From: Entomortierella parvispora E1425
Lineage: Eukaryota > Fungi > Mortierellomycota
Assembly: GCA_020891255.1 (NCBI GenBank)
Contig: BQFW01000007.1
Coordinates: 1,488,001 to 1,552,000 of the forward strand
Direction of reading: 5' to 3'
DNA: 64,000 nucleotides
Shown here: positions 1 to 10,410 of the stretch, piece by piece
Layout of the letters: every line of letters starts with the position of its first letter
Numbering within the stretch: position 1 is the first letter of the stretch
Made by a program: the position numbers and the translations under genes
Notes under the pieces: model-generated
The model's database searches: none
What the model was told of the DNA's origin: nothing
Seen by the model: the letters and a program-made list of their open reading frames with translations, nothing else

Positions 1-313
1 TTGCGAATTTGGAAAGCTGACCAGAGTCGTCGCTGGAGGCATTGCCTCTCAGCTCTGGGTTCCAAAGAGGATGGTTACGGGTGTCACGGGTCAAGCGGAT
101 CTGGGGACGGGGGCTGGGTGTCCGGAGGGTGAAGGTCGCACCGTTGGAGAGGACGATGGTCTGGTCAAAGAGTTCCGGGGTCCGGGAGACATAGTCTGAG
201 GACGTTGCTGAGGACGATGTCGAGGAGGACTTGTGACGGAGGGTGACGAAAGAAGAAGGAGCGATGCGGGTGGCCCTTGAGAGGGGGGCCATTGACCGTG
301 TGAGGAGGGACAT
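1..313 (-). CDS. MRPL36: Mitochondrial ribosomal protein bL31m/L36, 3' end beyond window
   Basis: Manual translation from ATG 313: MSLLTRSMAPLSRATRI...FDQTIVLSNGATFTLRTPSPRPQIRLTRDTRNHPLWNP. Presequence-like N-terminus plus the fungal L36 motif; this frame is not in the ORF track because no stop falls in the window. Confidence 0.85.
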   Translation of the reverse strand, partial: MSLLTRSMAPLSRATRIAPSSFVTLRHKSSSTSSSATSSDYVSRTPELFDQTIVLSNGATFTLRTPSPRPQIRLTRDTRNHPLWNPELRGNASSDDSGQLSKFA

Positions 314-492
314 GGTGCTGTGTGAGAATGGAGCGATGGACACTGAGGGGAAGGAAAGAAAAAGGAGGACTGGCAGGTGAGTAGTTTTGAATGAATGACC
401 TTCAATGTCAATGGAATGAGCCTCCAGCAAGGTACAGAGGACCTTCCCCCCGAGTGTTGTTGTTGGTCAAGCTCAGCCACGAATCTGAGGAG

Positions 493-525
493 TCACGTGA
501 ATCTTCAATAGATATCACGTGATAT
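493..525. promoter_or_regulatory. Two TCACGTGA E-box palindromes in the MRPL36/PSMG4 divergent promoter
   Basis: TCACGTGA at 493-500 and the 14-bp palindrome ATATCACGTGATAT at 512-525. Confidence 0.45.
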
Positions 526-612
526 ACAAAAAAGCCCTATTTTTTAGTATGGCGAGAACCTTGCATTCGCATCATTATACCCAGGTTCACGACAACTTCA
601 GCATCTTCAACA

Positions 613-1368
613 ATGGCAACTTTTACCCCTGCACCCTCTGCCGCGCCCCGCCTCAAGGTTTACAGACAGACTCATGTGAACCCCATTGGCATGTCTGCCA
701 CGGTCCAGGTCACTGTCATGGACGCGTCTTACTGGGTCTGGATATCTGTCAGGACCCAAGGAGAAATCACGGACGAGGTAGAACTGCATCAGGTCACGCC
801 CGAAGAACTGCGTCAAGGCGGTCGGGACGCAACGCGTGCCTTTGGAGATGTATCCATCTCCATGCCCCCAACAAAGTTTCAAAAGGTATTACCCAGGAGG
901 AAGCAAGAAAGAAAGAAAGAAAAAAAAAAGGGATCACATCGATTGTCAGTCTGCAAACAAAATGTCCGAAGTGCTGATCCTTGAGGCTATCATTGTAGGT
1001 CCCTGCATGCGTCAACTTGATCGGAAACAGAATCGACGAGACCTCTCTTCGGATGGCAATGCGCTTCGGTAAGTTCCTTCCGCCTGGTCTTTCCTCTGGA
1101 TCTTTTATCCCTAGATTAACCGTGAAATGTCTTTACATATCCAAATGCCAACGCCTCCTTCTTAACAACGGATTCATCTTTCTTGAACTCTATAGCTATG
1201 AGGTTCAAGCGCCAGTTCATTGTCAATCTCGACGCCGAAAACCCACAACAAAACGAGATGGCATGTGCTTATGGAGAAAAAAAGGCCCTTGATATGATTA
1301 CAAAGATTGAGGCATTAGAATCATCATCATCATCAGCAGCAACAACAACAGCCGGCAGCGAACAATAA
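613..1368 (+). CDS. PSMG4: Proteasome assembly chaperone 4-like protein; exons 613-885, 999-1068, 1196-1368
   Basis: Spliced product ...ATVQVTVMDASYWVWIS...FGDVSISMP...VPACVNLIGNRIDETSLRMAMRFAMRFKRQFIVNLD...YGEKKALDMI follows the PAC4 pattern; canonical GT-AG introns in compatible phases. Confidence 0.7.
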
Positions 1369-1431
1369 AGTCGTGGAAAATATCAAATTCGTCGAGCGAA
1401 AAAGATATTTTATTTACAATCCAAAAATTCT

Positions 1432-2820
1432 TTACAAAGAGTTCTTGACAGCAGAGGCGCGCTTGGCCATCTTCATGTTGGACTTGAAGCCCATCAATCC
1501 ACCACCCCAAGCCTTGCGAGCAGTCTCGTTCTTCTCAGTGTAGTTGGACTTGATGGCAGAGATCAAGGAGGCGAGCTCAGCCTTGTCCTCGGCCTTGGTC
1601 TCGGTGAAAGCCAAAGCGGTGGCGGTCTTCTTGTGAACAACAGTTCCGAGACGGGCCTTGCCCTTGACAATGCAGTATGGGATACCCATCTTGCGGCAAA
1701 GAGCGGGCAACCAGACAACAACCTCAATGGGGTCAACATCGTCAGCAATGACGACGAGGGAAGCCTTCTTGGCCTCAACCAAAGCGGTGATGTGGTTGAT
1801 ACCGTACTTGACGACGAAGGGCTTCTTGGACTCGGCCTTCTCACCCTTCTCGACCTGAGCGGCGGCAGCAGCGGTCAAACGCTCCTTCTTCTCGACGCGG
1901 GTCTCGGGGCGGTACTTGTTGACGAGCTTGAACAACTGGGTGGCAGTGTTCTTGTCCAAGACCTGGGTGAACTGGTTCAAAGCTGGGGGAACCTTGAGAC
2001 GCTGGTTCAAGATCTTGCGCTGGCGCTGGAGGCGAACATATTCGGGCCACTTGACATAGCGGGAAAGATCCTTGATGGGCTGGACATCCTGACCGACACC
2101 AAAGTTCTTGGGGGTCTTCTCGATCAAGGGGTTGACAGGGGCCTTGGCGGCGCCCTTCTTGGCAACGGGGTAGGGAGCGGGAGCAACCTTCTTGGCAGAG
2201 CCAGACTTCTTAGCGGGGGCCTGATAAAGTTGATAAAAAAGAAGCAAAGAAAAGGGGAGGGTATTCCGTTAGGAAGCTGCCTGGTAAAGGGTCATTGAGA
2301 GTGGAGTAGGAAGGAGGTTTTTGTTCCCGAGATTATCAACAGAACACAGCCCTCGAGGAGGGTATGAACTAGTTGCCAATCTCGAAGAGCAAGTACACAG
2401 CTTTCTGTTTCCAGAGCTCTAAGAGGATATCGCCCATCTCATGAACCAAGCACACAACACCTTCTTACAACTGAATGTCAGCAAGAGTAAAGAAGAGAAT
2501 TGAGATGATTCATTTCGACGGACGGATATCCTCCACCAGGGTATGCATCATCAGAAGAGCAAAAGGGGATGGAGACATCAACTGGTGATCAATCCACTCT
2601 CCCTGTGGAATGATGAAGGGCAAGAAGAGAATTTTCATTCAATCCAGATGATGGACCTGAATCGATCATGACGACATGATGGACATTTGGTTCATCATCA
2701 TTGAAGTTGAATTATTGTTTGTCTTTGCCTTCCAATCATCCTTGCCTTCGTCCGAACGCAAGAGAGAAAGAAGCCCATCCAGATCCTGGATCCTGTTCCA
2801 TGGCGGCGTGATCATACCAT
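1432..2820 (-). CDS. RPL8: 60S ribosomal protein eL8 (L7a/L8); exon 1 is ATG only (2818-2820), intron 2221-2817, exon 2 1432-2220
   Basis: APAKK...[29 protein letters not shown]...[10 protein letters not shown]...[32 protein letters not shown]; ATG|gtatga donor and tttatcag|GCC acceptor. Confidence 0.97.
2319..2460 (-). ncRNA. Candidate intronic H/ACA snoRNA-like element in the RPL8 intron
   Basis: ANANNA box (ACAGAA, 2403-2408), then a long hairpin (ttcgagatt/aatctcggg base, ccctc/gaggg top) ending at ACA (2322-2324). The 5' hairpin is weak and no rRNA target was identified. Confidence 0.3.
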
Positions 2821-2958
2821 TGCGATTTCGAGGAAAGGGAAAGAGGAGGAACAGAAAATTTTGCGGGCTGCAAATGAAATAAATATGGCGACCTGAGCCC
2901 ATTGGCCCCTTAAGATAGGTTTGCATCGGTCAAATCGCCCATCCAAAGGGGTGGCGCA

Positions 2959-2966
2959 CAGTCGCA
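2959..2966. promoter_or_regulatory. Homol-D-like box (CAGTCGCA vs CAGTCACA) upstream of RPL8
   Basis: One-mismatch match about 140 bp upstream of the RPL8 ATG, inside a 180-bp divergent promoter. Confidence 0.25.
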
Positions 2967-3000
2967 CACTGCTCGTTCCTTTGAGCAACCCACCTCAACA

Positions 3001-4357
3001 ATGATCCCCAGGAAACTGCCCCCATTACCCCCCATTCGCGACCTCATTCGTGTGTATGGCCTGTCTGCAGACCAAAAGTTCTCTCAGAACTTCATTCTTG
3101 ACAAGAATGTCACTGGTTCGTCTTTCGTCCATGGGCAACCTGTGTTGCTTTTTTTTTCTGGTTGCAAACCAGACGACTGACCGCATGGCTCTTTATTCTT
3201 CCAACAACACTCCGTTTACACAGATACCATTGCCCAGCGCGCCAAGATTTCAGTAAATGATGACCTCGTCGTAGAGGTTGGTCCAGGTAGAGCAAAATGC
3301 AGGGACGTGTTGCCCAACATTGATTTATTTAGTTTTTTTTTTTTTTTTTTTTTCAACTCACCTGTATCTGACTTTCTCTTCCGTGATCATTGCCCAGGCC
3401 CTGGACTTTTGACCCGATCCATTCTTGATGCAGGAGCAAGGCGCGTCGTTGTCGTTGAAAAGGATACCCGATTTGTACCTACACTGGAGCAATTAGCGGA
3501 GGCCTCTGATCAACGACTGGCCGCTATCATGGGAGACATGTTGACAATTGATCATGCAGAGATCCTACGAGTGGGCGCCGCCATACCAGTCCAACATTTT
3601 TCGTCCGCCTCTGAAGAGACTACACCACTGACACCTGAGCAACAACAACAGCATCGAGAGTCATTAGAGATGTATCAACGACCCATGGATCCCAACAACG
3701 CCACCATACGTCTTTTGGGCAATTTGCCTTTTGGAATTGCATCCCCTTTGCTGGTCCAGTGGCTCAAGATGATGGCGCTCCGGCAGGGAATCTTCCAAGG
3801 TCGGAATAATGTCTCCATGACCCTCATGTTCCAAAAGGAGGTTGCGGAACGGATAGTCTCCCCACCCGGTGGAGCCCACAGGAGTCGACTCTCCATTTTG
3901 GCACAAAGTTTATGTGATGTGAAGATGGCCTATAAACTGCCAGCGGGCGTTTTTGTTCCAAAACCAAAGGTCGATGCTGCGGTTGTACATTTCGAAAGAA
4001 GGGATGACCCAATGATGCCAGGTAAGGCAACCTTGTACCTTGCTCATCTCATCCTCTGTTGACATTTTCGCCTCACTCAACTGACATTTCTCTTCCTTGT
4101 CAACTTCTTGATCTGTAGGGTCATTGGATCGATTGGAGGATGTGGCTCGGTTCTACTTCAACAAGCGCAGAAAGACAATGGGACACAATACCAACCGGTT
4201 AGCCAAGGCCGTGCCAGAGGCGAGGCCTATCTTGGACGAGTGGATAGCAGAGGGTAATTGGAATATGAACGCTCGAACAGAAGAAGTCAGCACCTTCCAG
4301 CTCTGTGCCTTGGCCAGAAAACTGGAGCAAGCACAACTCAAGATTCCATTAACATGA
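3001..4357 (+). CDS. TFB1M: Mitochondrial rRNA adenine dimethyltransferase / transcription factor B (KsgA/Dim1 family), 4 exons
   Basis: MIPRKLPPLPPIRDLIRVYGLSADQKFSQNFILDKNVT|D...VVEVGP|GPGLLTRSIL...VVEKD...GNLPFGIASPLL...MFQKEVAERI...PKPKVDAAVV...RRK, the TFB1M-type motif set. Confidence 0.88.
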
Positions 4358-4542
4358 AAAAAAAGGGACTCAAAACAATAAAATCAACAACATACAGTGT
4401 AGAATAACGTTTTATCTATGAAGCTTTCAAACTGAGCGAAAGGGTTTCTGGTTTTTTTTCTTAAAAAAAAAAAGATGATAATCGAAATAGCAAGAATATT
4501 AAATAGTATAGGCCCAAAAGTAGGGGGGTAAAGCTTCCTATG

Positions 4543-6529
4543 TTAGGCGGTACCGCTCACTACATCGGCAACAGGGTAGTAGAAGACAGCAATGGCAATG
4601 ATAATATACGTTGAAATCAACATGACACCCTCGAGCCAGTTGGACTCTCCATCCTGGATCAAGTAATTGACAATCAAGACCGTGACAAAGAGCACACAGG
4701 TCTCAAAGGTGTTGAAGAAGAGAGTCATGGGCTCGCTGATGATCCAGCCAATAATGACCATCAAAGGCGTAACAAAGAGGGCAATCTGCATGGATGAGCC
4801 AACGGCAACGCCAATGGCGAGATCCATCTTGTTCTTCATTGCCACGGAGACGGCCGTTACGTGTTCGGCTGCGTTACCAACAATGGGCAAGAGAATCAAT
4901 CCAATGAAGGTGCGGGACACGTTCCATGATGAGGCCAAAGGATCGATGGCACTATGGAATGAAGAAAAAACGGACAAGTCAGATATTGGACCCTCACAAG
5001 AAAAATTCTCGTGGATGTAAGGCTTTGACTCTCTTACCCAACCAGGTACTCTGAGCAGAAAGCGACAATGACGGTGATGATCAACAACATGACAACTCCC
5101 AGCCAGAGAGGCAAGGTAGGCTCCTCTTGCTCCTCTTCGTTGCTGTTGGAGTAGAGATGAGTGTGGGTCTTGAGTTGGAAGTACAAGAACAAGATATAGA
5201 CGATAAGAAGGACAATGGCCGATCCCTGGGACAAGTGCTGGATGCCTGATGTTTGCTCAGTTGACTTTGCAGTCGAAGCAAAGGCAGCGGGAATCAACAG
5301 GGAAAGGCAAGACAAGGACAAGAGCGAAGCCGACGTTTGGGCGGCAGTCTGATTGAACTTTTGGGAAGAGAACTTGAAGCCACCAGCGACAAAGCAGCAT
5401 CCCAAGACCTAGCAGATAAAAAAAAAAAAAAAAAAAAAAAGTCGCGTTTAGAAAATGTTGGCCTGACGCCCCGTAATCATCAAAGCGCAGCCACAATTAC
5501 GCCGTTGTTGTGGCTCTTGGACCCTTTTTTTATTCAAGAGACCACACACGTCCCGCCCGTTCCTTCTCTTTCGAGACATTTCTTCACCCCTGCCAAACCA
5601 TATTCATAATTGAAAACCACGAGTAGGATAGTGCGCTTGGCCCAATTGTCAGGAGCCAACATGAGGAACCCAAAAAAAGGAGAGTTGTTGATAATAATAA
5701 ATGAGCAATACAACGAGTGCGCAAATTGGGAGGGAGAACTTACCAGCAGCAGGTTAGAGAGGACAGAGCCAAGAAGCGAAGCTTGAACGACGTCAATCTT
5801 GCCCTCCTTCAAGGCAATGATGGAGAGGATCAACTCGACGGCGTTTCCAAAGGATGCGTTCAACAAAGCACCGAGGTTCTATTTTCAGATGGTTTTGAAT
5901 GGGAACAATGGACGGGAAACTCAAAAACAAGTCAGATTACCCAAGATAGACCACGATAGATTTTTTTTCTTCATTCAATTCTTTTCTTTCCCGGGTGTCC
6001 CTGGGCTGGGGGACAAACAAAGGGACCTATTGTTTCTGTGGTTTTTGACCGTTTTTTTTTTTCTTACCTCGCCAAGTCTCAGTGAAATCTCCTCCGTGGC
6101 GAAACCAAGAAGCTTTGCCAATGGCACGATGGCGATAAAGTTGAAGATAAACACAATGATGGGCGACCATCCGACCTGGTCAGCAACGATTCCAAGAGGA
6201 ACGAAAACAAGGAGGACGTTCAACCAGGTCGAGAAGATGATAGCCTTCAAACATTGAAGGATGGTAAGTGGTGGAGGACGTTCGCCCAGAAGAGTGCTTG
6301 AACGAGTAGAAGGAGGGAGTGTGTTCCTGAGCGAGCGTTCTGAACGAATAGTCACCCTGGGGTTGGGGTTCGTGGAGATGGGCGAACGTTCAGCCTCGCT
6401 TTGGGGCTGGGTTGAGGAGCTCAGGGAGGAGTCATTGTTGTAGGCTGGGATGCGAACTGAAGGGGGTTTGCTGGAGCCAGGAAGGGGATCCTTTTGAAGG
6501 TCTGACTCGTGAAACTCTGCTTTCTCCAT
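4543..6529 (-). CDS. VCX1: Vacuolar Ca2+/H+ antiporter (CAX/VCX1), multi-exon
   Basis: [11 protein letters not shown]...[18 protein letters not shown]; [12 protein letters not shown]...[10 protein letters not shown]; [17 protein letters not shown]...[12 protein letters not shown]...SNWLEG (both alpha repeats). Confidence 0.95.
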
Positions 6530-7260
6530 GAGAGATGATGGAGATGACTAGGACAGGGAGAAGGATGAGAAGGAATCACAAAAGGATGGACGCAAGGCAA
6601 AGCAAAGCAGGCACGCGAAGGATGAAGCGTGGAGGTAGGACAGGAGGTTTGGCGAAGTAAAAGAGAAGAAAGAGACACTTCTCTGAACTGTGCCCTACTG
6701 CCCAACAAAGACGATGCGGCTGAACGAGCCACAAAATCTGGGAATCCTCGGAGTTGGCCTCTTTTTGGAGAAAAGGCAGCAGGAGGACCGGGCCAAATCG
6801 ATGGCATCCCACAGAGTGCCCCTGCTCTCTTCTCGAACTCGTTGAGTGGATTCCTGCTTATCGTCTTGCTGCCCCTTATTTGTCCTTGGCTTTGGCCTCT
6901 TGTTTGGTCTCCTGTTGTGGCGAAAACAGCCAGTGGCAGGCACAAAGGTCGCTGCGTCGAGTCTACCCTGCAAAAATGGAGTTGCGGACTTGTACCTTCC
7001 AAGTCAGATGGGCCTGGTCGTCCTCTTTTGTCCCTACCCTGACCCGCCGACCAAAATGTCGCCCCTTGAAAATAAACGACCTGCCTCGGGAGGATATATA
7101 CTATTTTCATTGCTCTAGTGCTCATTAGGTTCAAAAGAAAAAAAATGAAGAGAATAGAATTCCTGGCCTTCTTTTTGTGCCCTTGTGGCAAAGTTTTTTT
7201 TTGGGCTTTCGGTGCTTGGGTGCTAGGCGGTGCTCACACACAAGTTGTTTGTATTGTCGT

Positions 7261-7320
7261 GTTTGAGCCGTGGTGTTTGAGCCGTCGTGTTTGAGCCGTC
7301 GTGTTTGAACCGTAGCGTTT
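7261..7320. repeat. Four-copy 14-bp tandem repeat (gtttgagccgtcgt)
   Basis: gtttgagccgtggt / gtttgagccgtcgt / gtttgagccgtcgt / gtttgaaccgtagc. Confidence 0.85.
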
Positions 7321-7883
7321 TCCTGAAGAAACAGGTTCGGTTTCGACGCCGCGTGGGTTTCGCGGCGTGATGCTGGACATGTAGCGGACGATCTAGATCC
7401 GTTCATGGCAACTTGTGCAACTCCAAAAGAAAAACTCGCGTTCTTCCTTTTTTCCCTCACCACCCTCCAGCCCCAACATGCTCATCAGATAACTCTGAAG
7501 TTGTTTACTTTTTTTTCTTGTTTTCACTTTATTGTCGATTCTCAGAATAGACTTGGTAAGAGCAACCCGCGGCTGTATCTTTTGAAAAGATGGAGAGCGG
7601 TAAAGGAGAAGGGAGAACCTATTGTCCAGACGCGATTGAGTCTTGGAGTGAGGTGCATGCATGGAACATAGCCATGAGGGGGTCACGGTGAGGAAGAGGG
7701 GTGTGGTACACGTTGGAGCAGGCGATAAAAACGAAAAGACAAAAAAAAATATACAGGAACAAGGCGTACTATACTACAATTGCAAATGTTGTGAGTGAAA
7801 GAGACTCAAAGAGTCAAAGTCGAATGCAATAAGTTGAAGAAAACAAAAAAAAAGAACGAAAAAAAATGAGGCGAGAACATGGT

Positions 7884-10220
7884 CTAATTGACCAAGAGGC
7901 TGGACTCGATAATTGATTGTTGTTTGGGCGTAAGAGGCATGGTTGATCCATGTGGAAAGTTGACGTTCTGGAACGCATCGGCCTGGATGCTAGCCGTGCT
8001 ACTGTATGAGGCTGTGTACTTTCCGATAATCTTCTTGAGAGCGTAGGGCAAGACCTTCCAGGGAAAGACCTTGACGTCCTTTTCAATGTTGCGAGGTTTT
8101 GGGTTGGGGAATGACATGATCAACTTGAAGAAATCCGCACACTCGGATTTGCCCTTGGACACTGTCAGAGGACGGAATCCTTCGAGGTTGCGACGAATCC
8201 GGTTTTTTTCTTCGACGGTGAACCGGACCGCAATTAGGGACTCGAGCAAGTAAATTGTGTCGACTGACGTCAAGAAGCAGTCATTCTTCTCGGCCCAGTA
8301 GATACAAGAGACTACAATGCTATTCGGTTGACGGTCTGCAGGTGCCACAGGAGCAAAGCTGCAAGCAATATCATTGTTGTCCTGCCTCCGCCAGAACTGC
8401 ACCAAACGACGCTGGTTATCCCACTCTTCTGCACTCCAGTTAATGGCCATATCCTCCATATTGCCAGAAAACTTGAGGTTAGCCTTGTTGACTAGACTGG
8501 CATAGGGGTTATAGCTGCTGGCTGCCATTCCAGCCGCCATGGTGGTTGCTGGGTGAGATTGAGTTCTGTAGGATGAAGGTGCGACGGACTGCTGGCCACT
8601 GATATAACCGACGGCACTCGCGTCAGTGGCCGAGGGCAGGGTGTAGGCAGTGGCCGATGCGATATCTGTTTGGCCATAGGAGGAGAGGTATGGAGCGATC
8701 ATTTGGTCTACAGAGCAGAAAAGAGGAACAGAGGGCCGGATTAGAATCCGGAAGGAGCGAGGGTTCTGGCAAGAGAACAAAGAATCAGCTACTTACTGGC
8801 ACTGTAGTATCCGTTGCGGGCAAAGGATGGAGCTCCTACGGGTGACTGTGGGTTATAGGGACTGTCAAGAAGACCCTGGGAGTAGAGCGAGGGATCATAT
8901 GCAGCGGTAGTTGAGGGCATGGCAAGGTAGTCGTCGTCATTGTCTACAGTTGATGAGAATAAAAGGAAGAGGAAAAAAAAAGAGCGAGAAAAGAGAGAGG
9001 GGTGAGCGGAGGATCGTCGAATGTTGTTACCGAGGGAAAACGTTTCCTGCTCCAGCGAGCTGGAATTTATATTTTCCTTTTTTTTTTTGTTTGTTCTCTG
9101 GGCTTGCCGCCCTTTGATCAGTACTTTTGATCGTTCTAGAGATCGAGAAGCAATCGATGGTCGACTTACGGTCAAGGGATGTGGGCGTCGAAGGCAGAAG
9201 CGGTGAAAGCTCGAGGCTAGATGACAGTTGCTGTCTCTTGGTGGACACAGGGCTACCGTCAGAGTCTTGACTGAGTTCAAGCTTGTCACCGTTGGATCGC
9301 TTGTTTGCGCCACCGGCCTGCGCTGGGTCTAAAAAGAGTAACGAGAACAGATAAGTCAAACGATGCTTGCGACAAAGGCAGTCAAAAGAGTGCTTGCGGA
9401 AGGATGGATAGAGGGTGTTACCATCGTAATAGTTGAAGGAGCCAAAGGGCCAGCTCTCCTGGACCATATCGTTGTCCATCTGGAGGATGTAGAGAGGCAC
9501 CTTGTTGACGAACCATTTTGTGATGGCAAAGTTGGGGACTGTGCAGCTCAAGGTGATGTAGCCATTGGCAGCGTACTGCTTGCTTTCGACCACGAGGGTA
9601 CCAAAGCCGATGCGGAGGACCTTGTCTGTGTTGGACTGGAGAGTGGCGGTGAAGGTTTGACCTTCGGGGCCGTAGTGTGGGTTGTACTCAAGGACGCGCG
9701 GGGGGGTGTTTGCAGTTGGCTGTGAAGAGGTGATTTCGTCGGTGGTGGAGACGACGTTGGCGGCGTCCATTTGCTGAAGATCAGACAGGAGTGATTGGGG
9801 TGGGGTCGGTTGCTGATGTGGGTCAGAGGTGGAGGCAAACTTGCGAGGAAAGTCTGGAGTGGGGTCAGAGGTCAAAAGAGATAAAGAGAGAGGCAGAGCA
9901 GAGGTGAGTGGGGGGAAGAAGGACAGTGGACAGTGAGTGGTGACTGAGTGACTGATGGAACGAAAGAGAGAGTGAGCGAGACCGATAGAGTGTGCCAGGA
10001 CACACGGTCTTAAATCAGTGCGAGAAGGGGAGAAAAGTGATCACAGGGAGACACCAAGGATCAACGGGAATGAATGAATGGGTCAAGGTAGCAAGGCGCA
10101 CTGCAAGAGCGTGTGTGTGTCTACTTGCATGGTTGCAATGTCGTGTGTTTGAGAAGGACAATGACAGGTTTGAGAGCTTCGGCGATCTGTCTGCTCAGAC
10201 AGACAGACAGACTTGGGCGG

Positions 10221-10253
<33 letters not shown>

Positions 10254-10410
10254 CGCCCAGCGGAATGATGCAGTTGCATGGTGGCACAAAGCAAAAGGGA
10301 AATGAAAAGGGGGACAGACAGAGAGAGCCGTTGGGTGGGGAGAGGGAGAATAGAATGTCTACTGGAATGAACAGGCGGCATGACCTACTTTGAATGGCAG
10401 ACATGTCCAT
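7884..10410 (-). CDS. medA: MedA/Medusa-like developmental regulator (DUF7082 domain); first coding exon 10389-10410, second exon starts 9853
   Basis: RRLVQF...IVVSCIYW...FLTSVDTIYLLESLIAVRFTVEEKNRIRRNLEGFRPLTVSK...IMSFPNPKPRNIEKDVKVFPWK.L..ALKKIIGKY; N-terminal IPT/TIG-like PRVLEYNPHYGPEG; MDMSAIQ(A)|gtaggt joins ccag|AC in phase. Confidence 0.8.

Noticed and set aside
1633-2298. 221-aa ORF antisense to RPL8
   Set aside because: Shadow ORF of a highly biased ribosomal protein gene.
7261-7320. CRISPR-like array
   Set aside because: Units are contiguous without unique spacers, and the context is eukaryotic.
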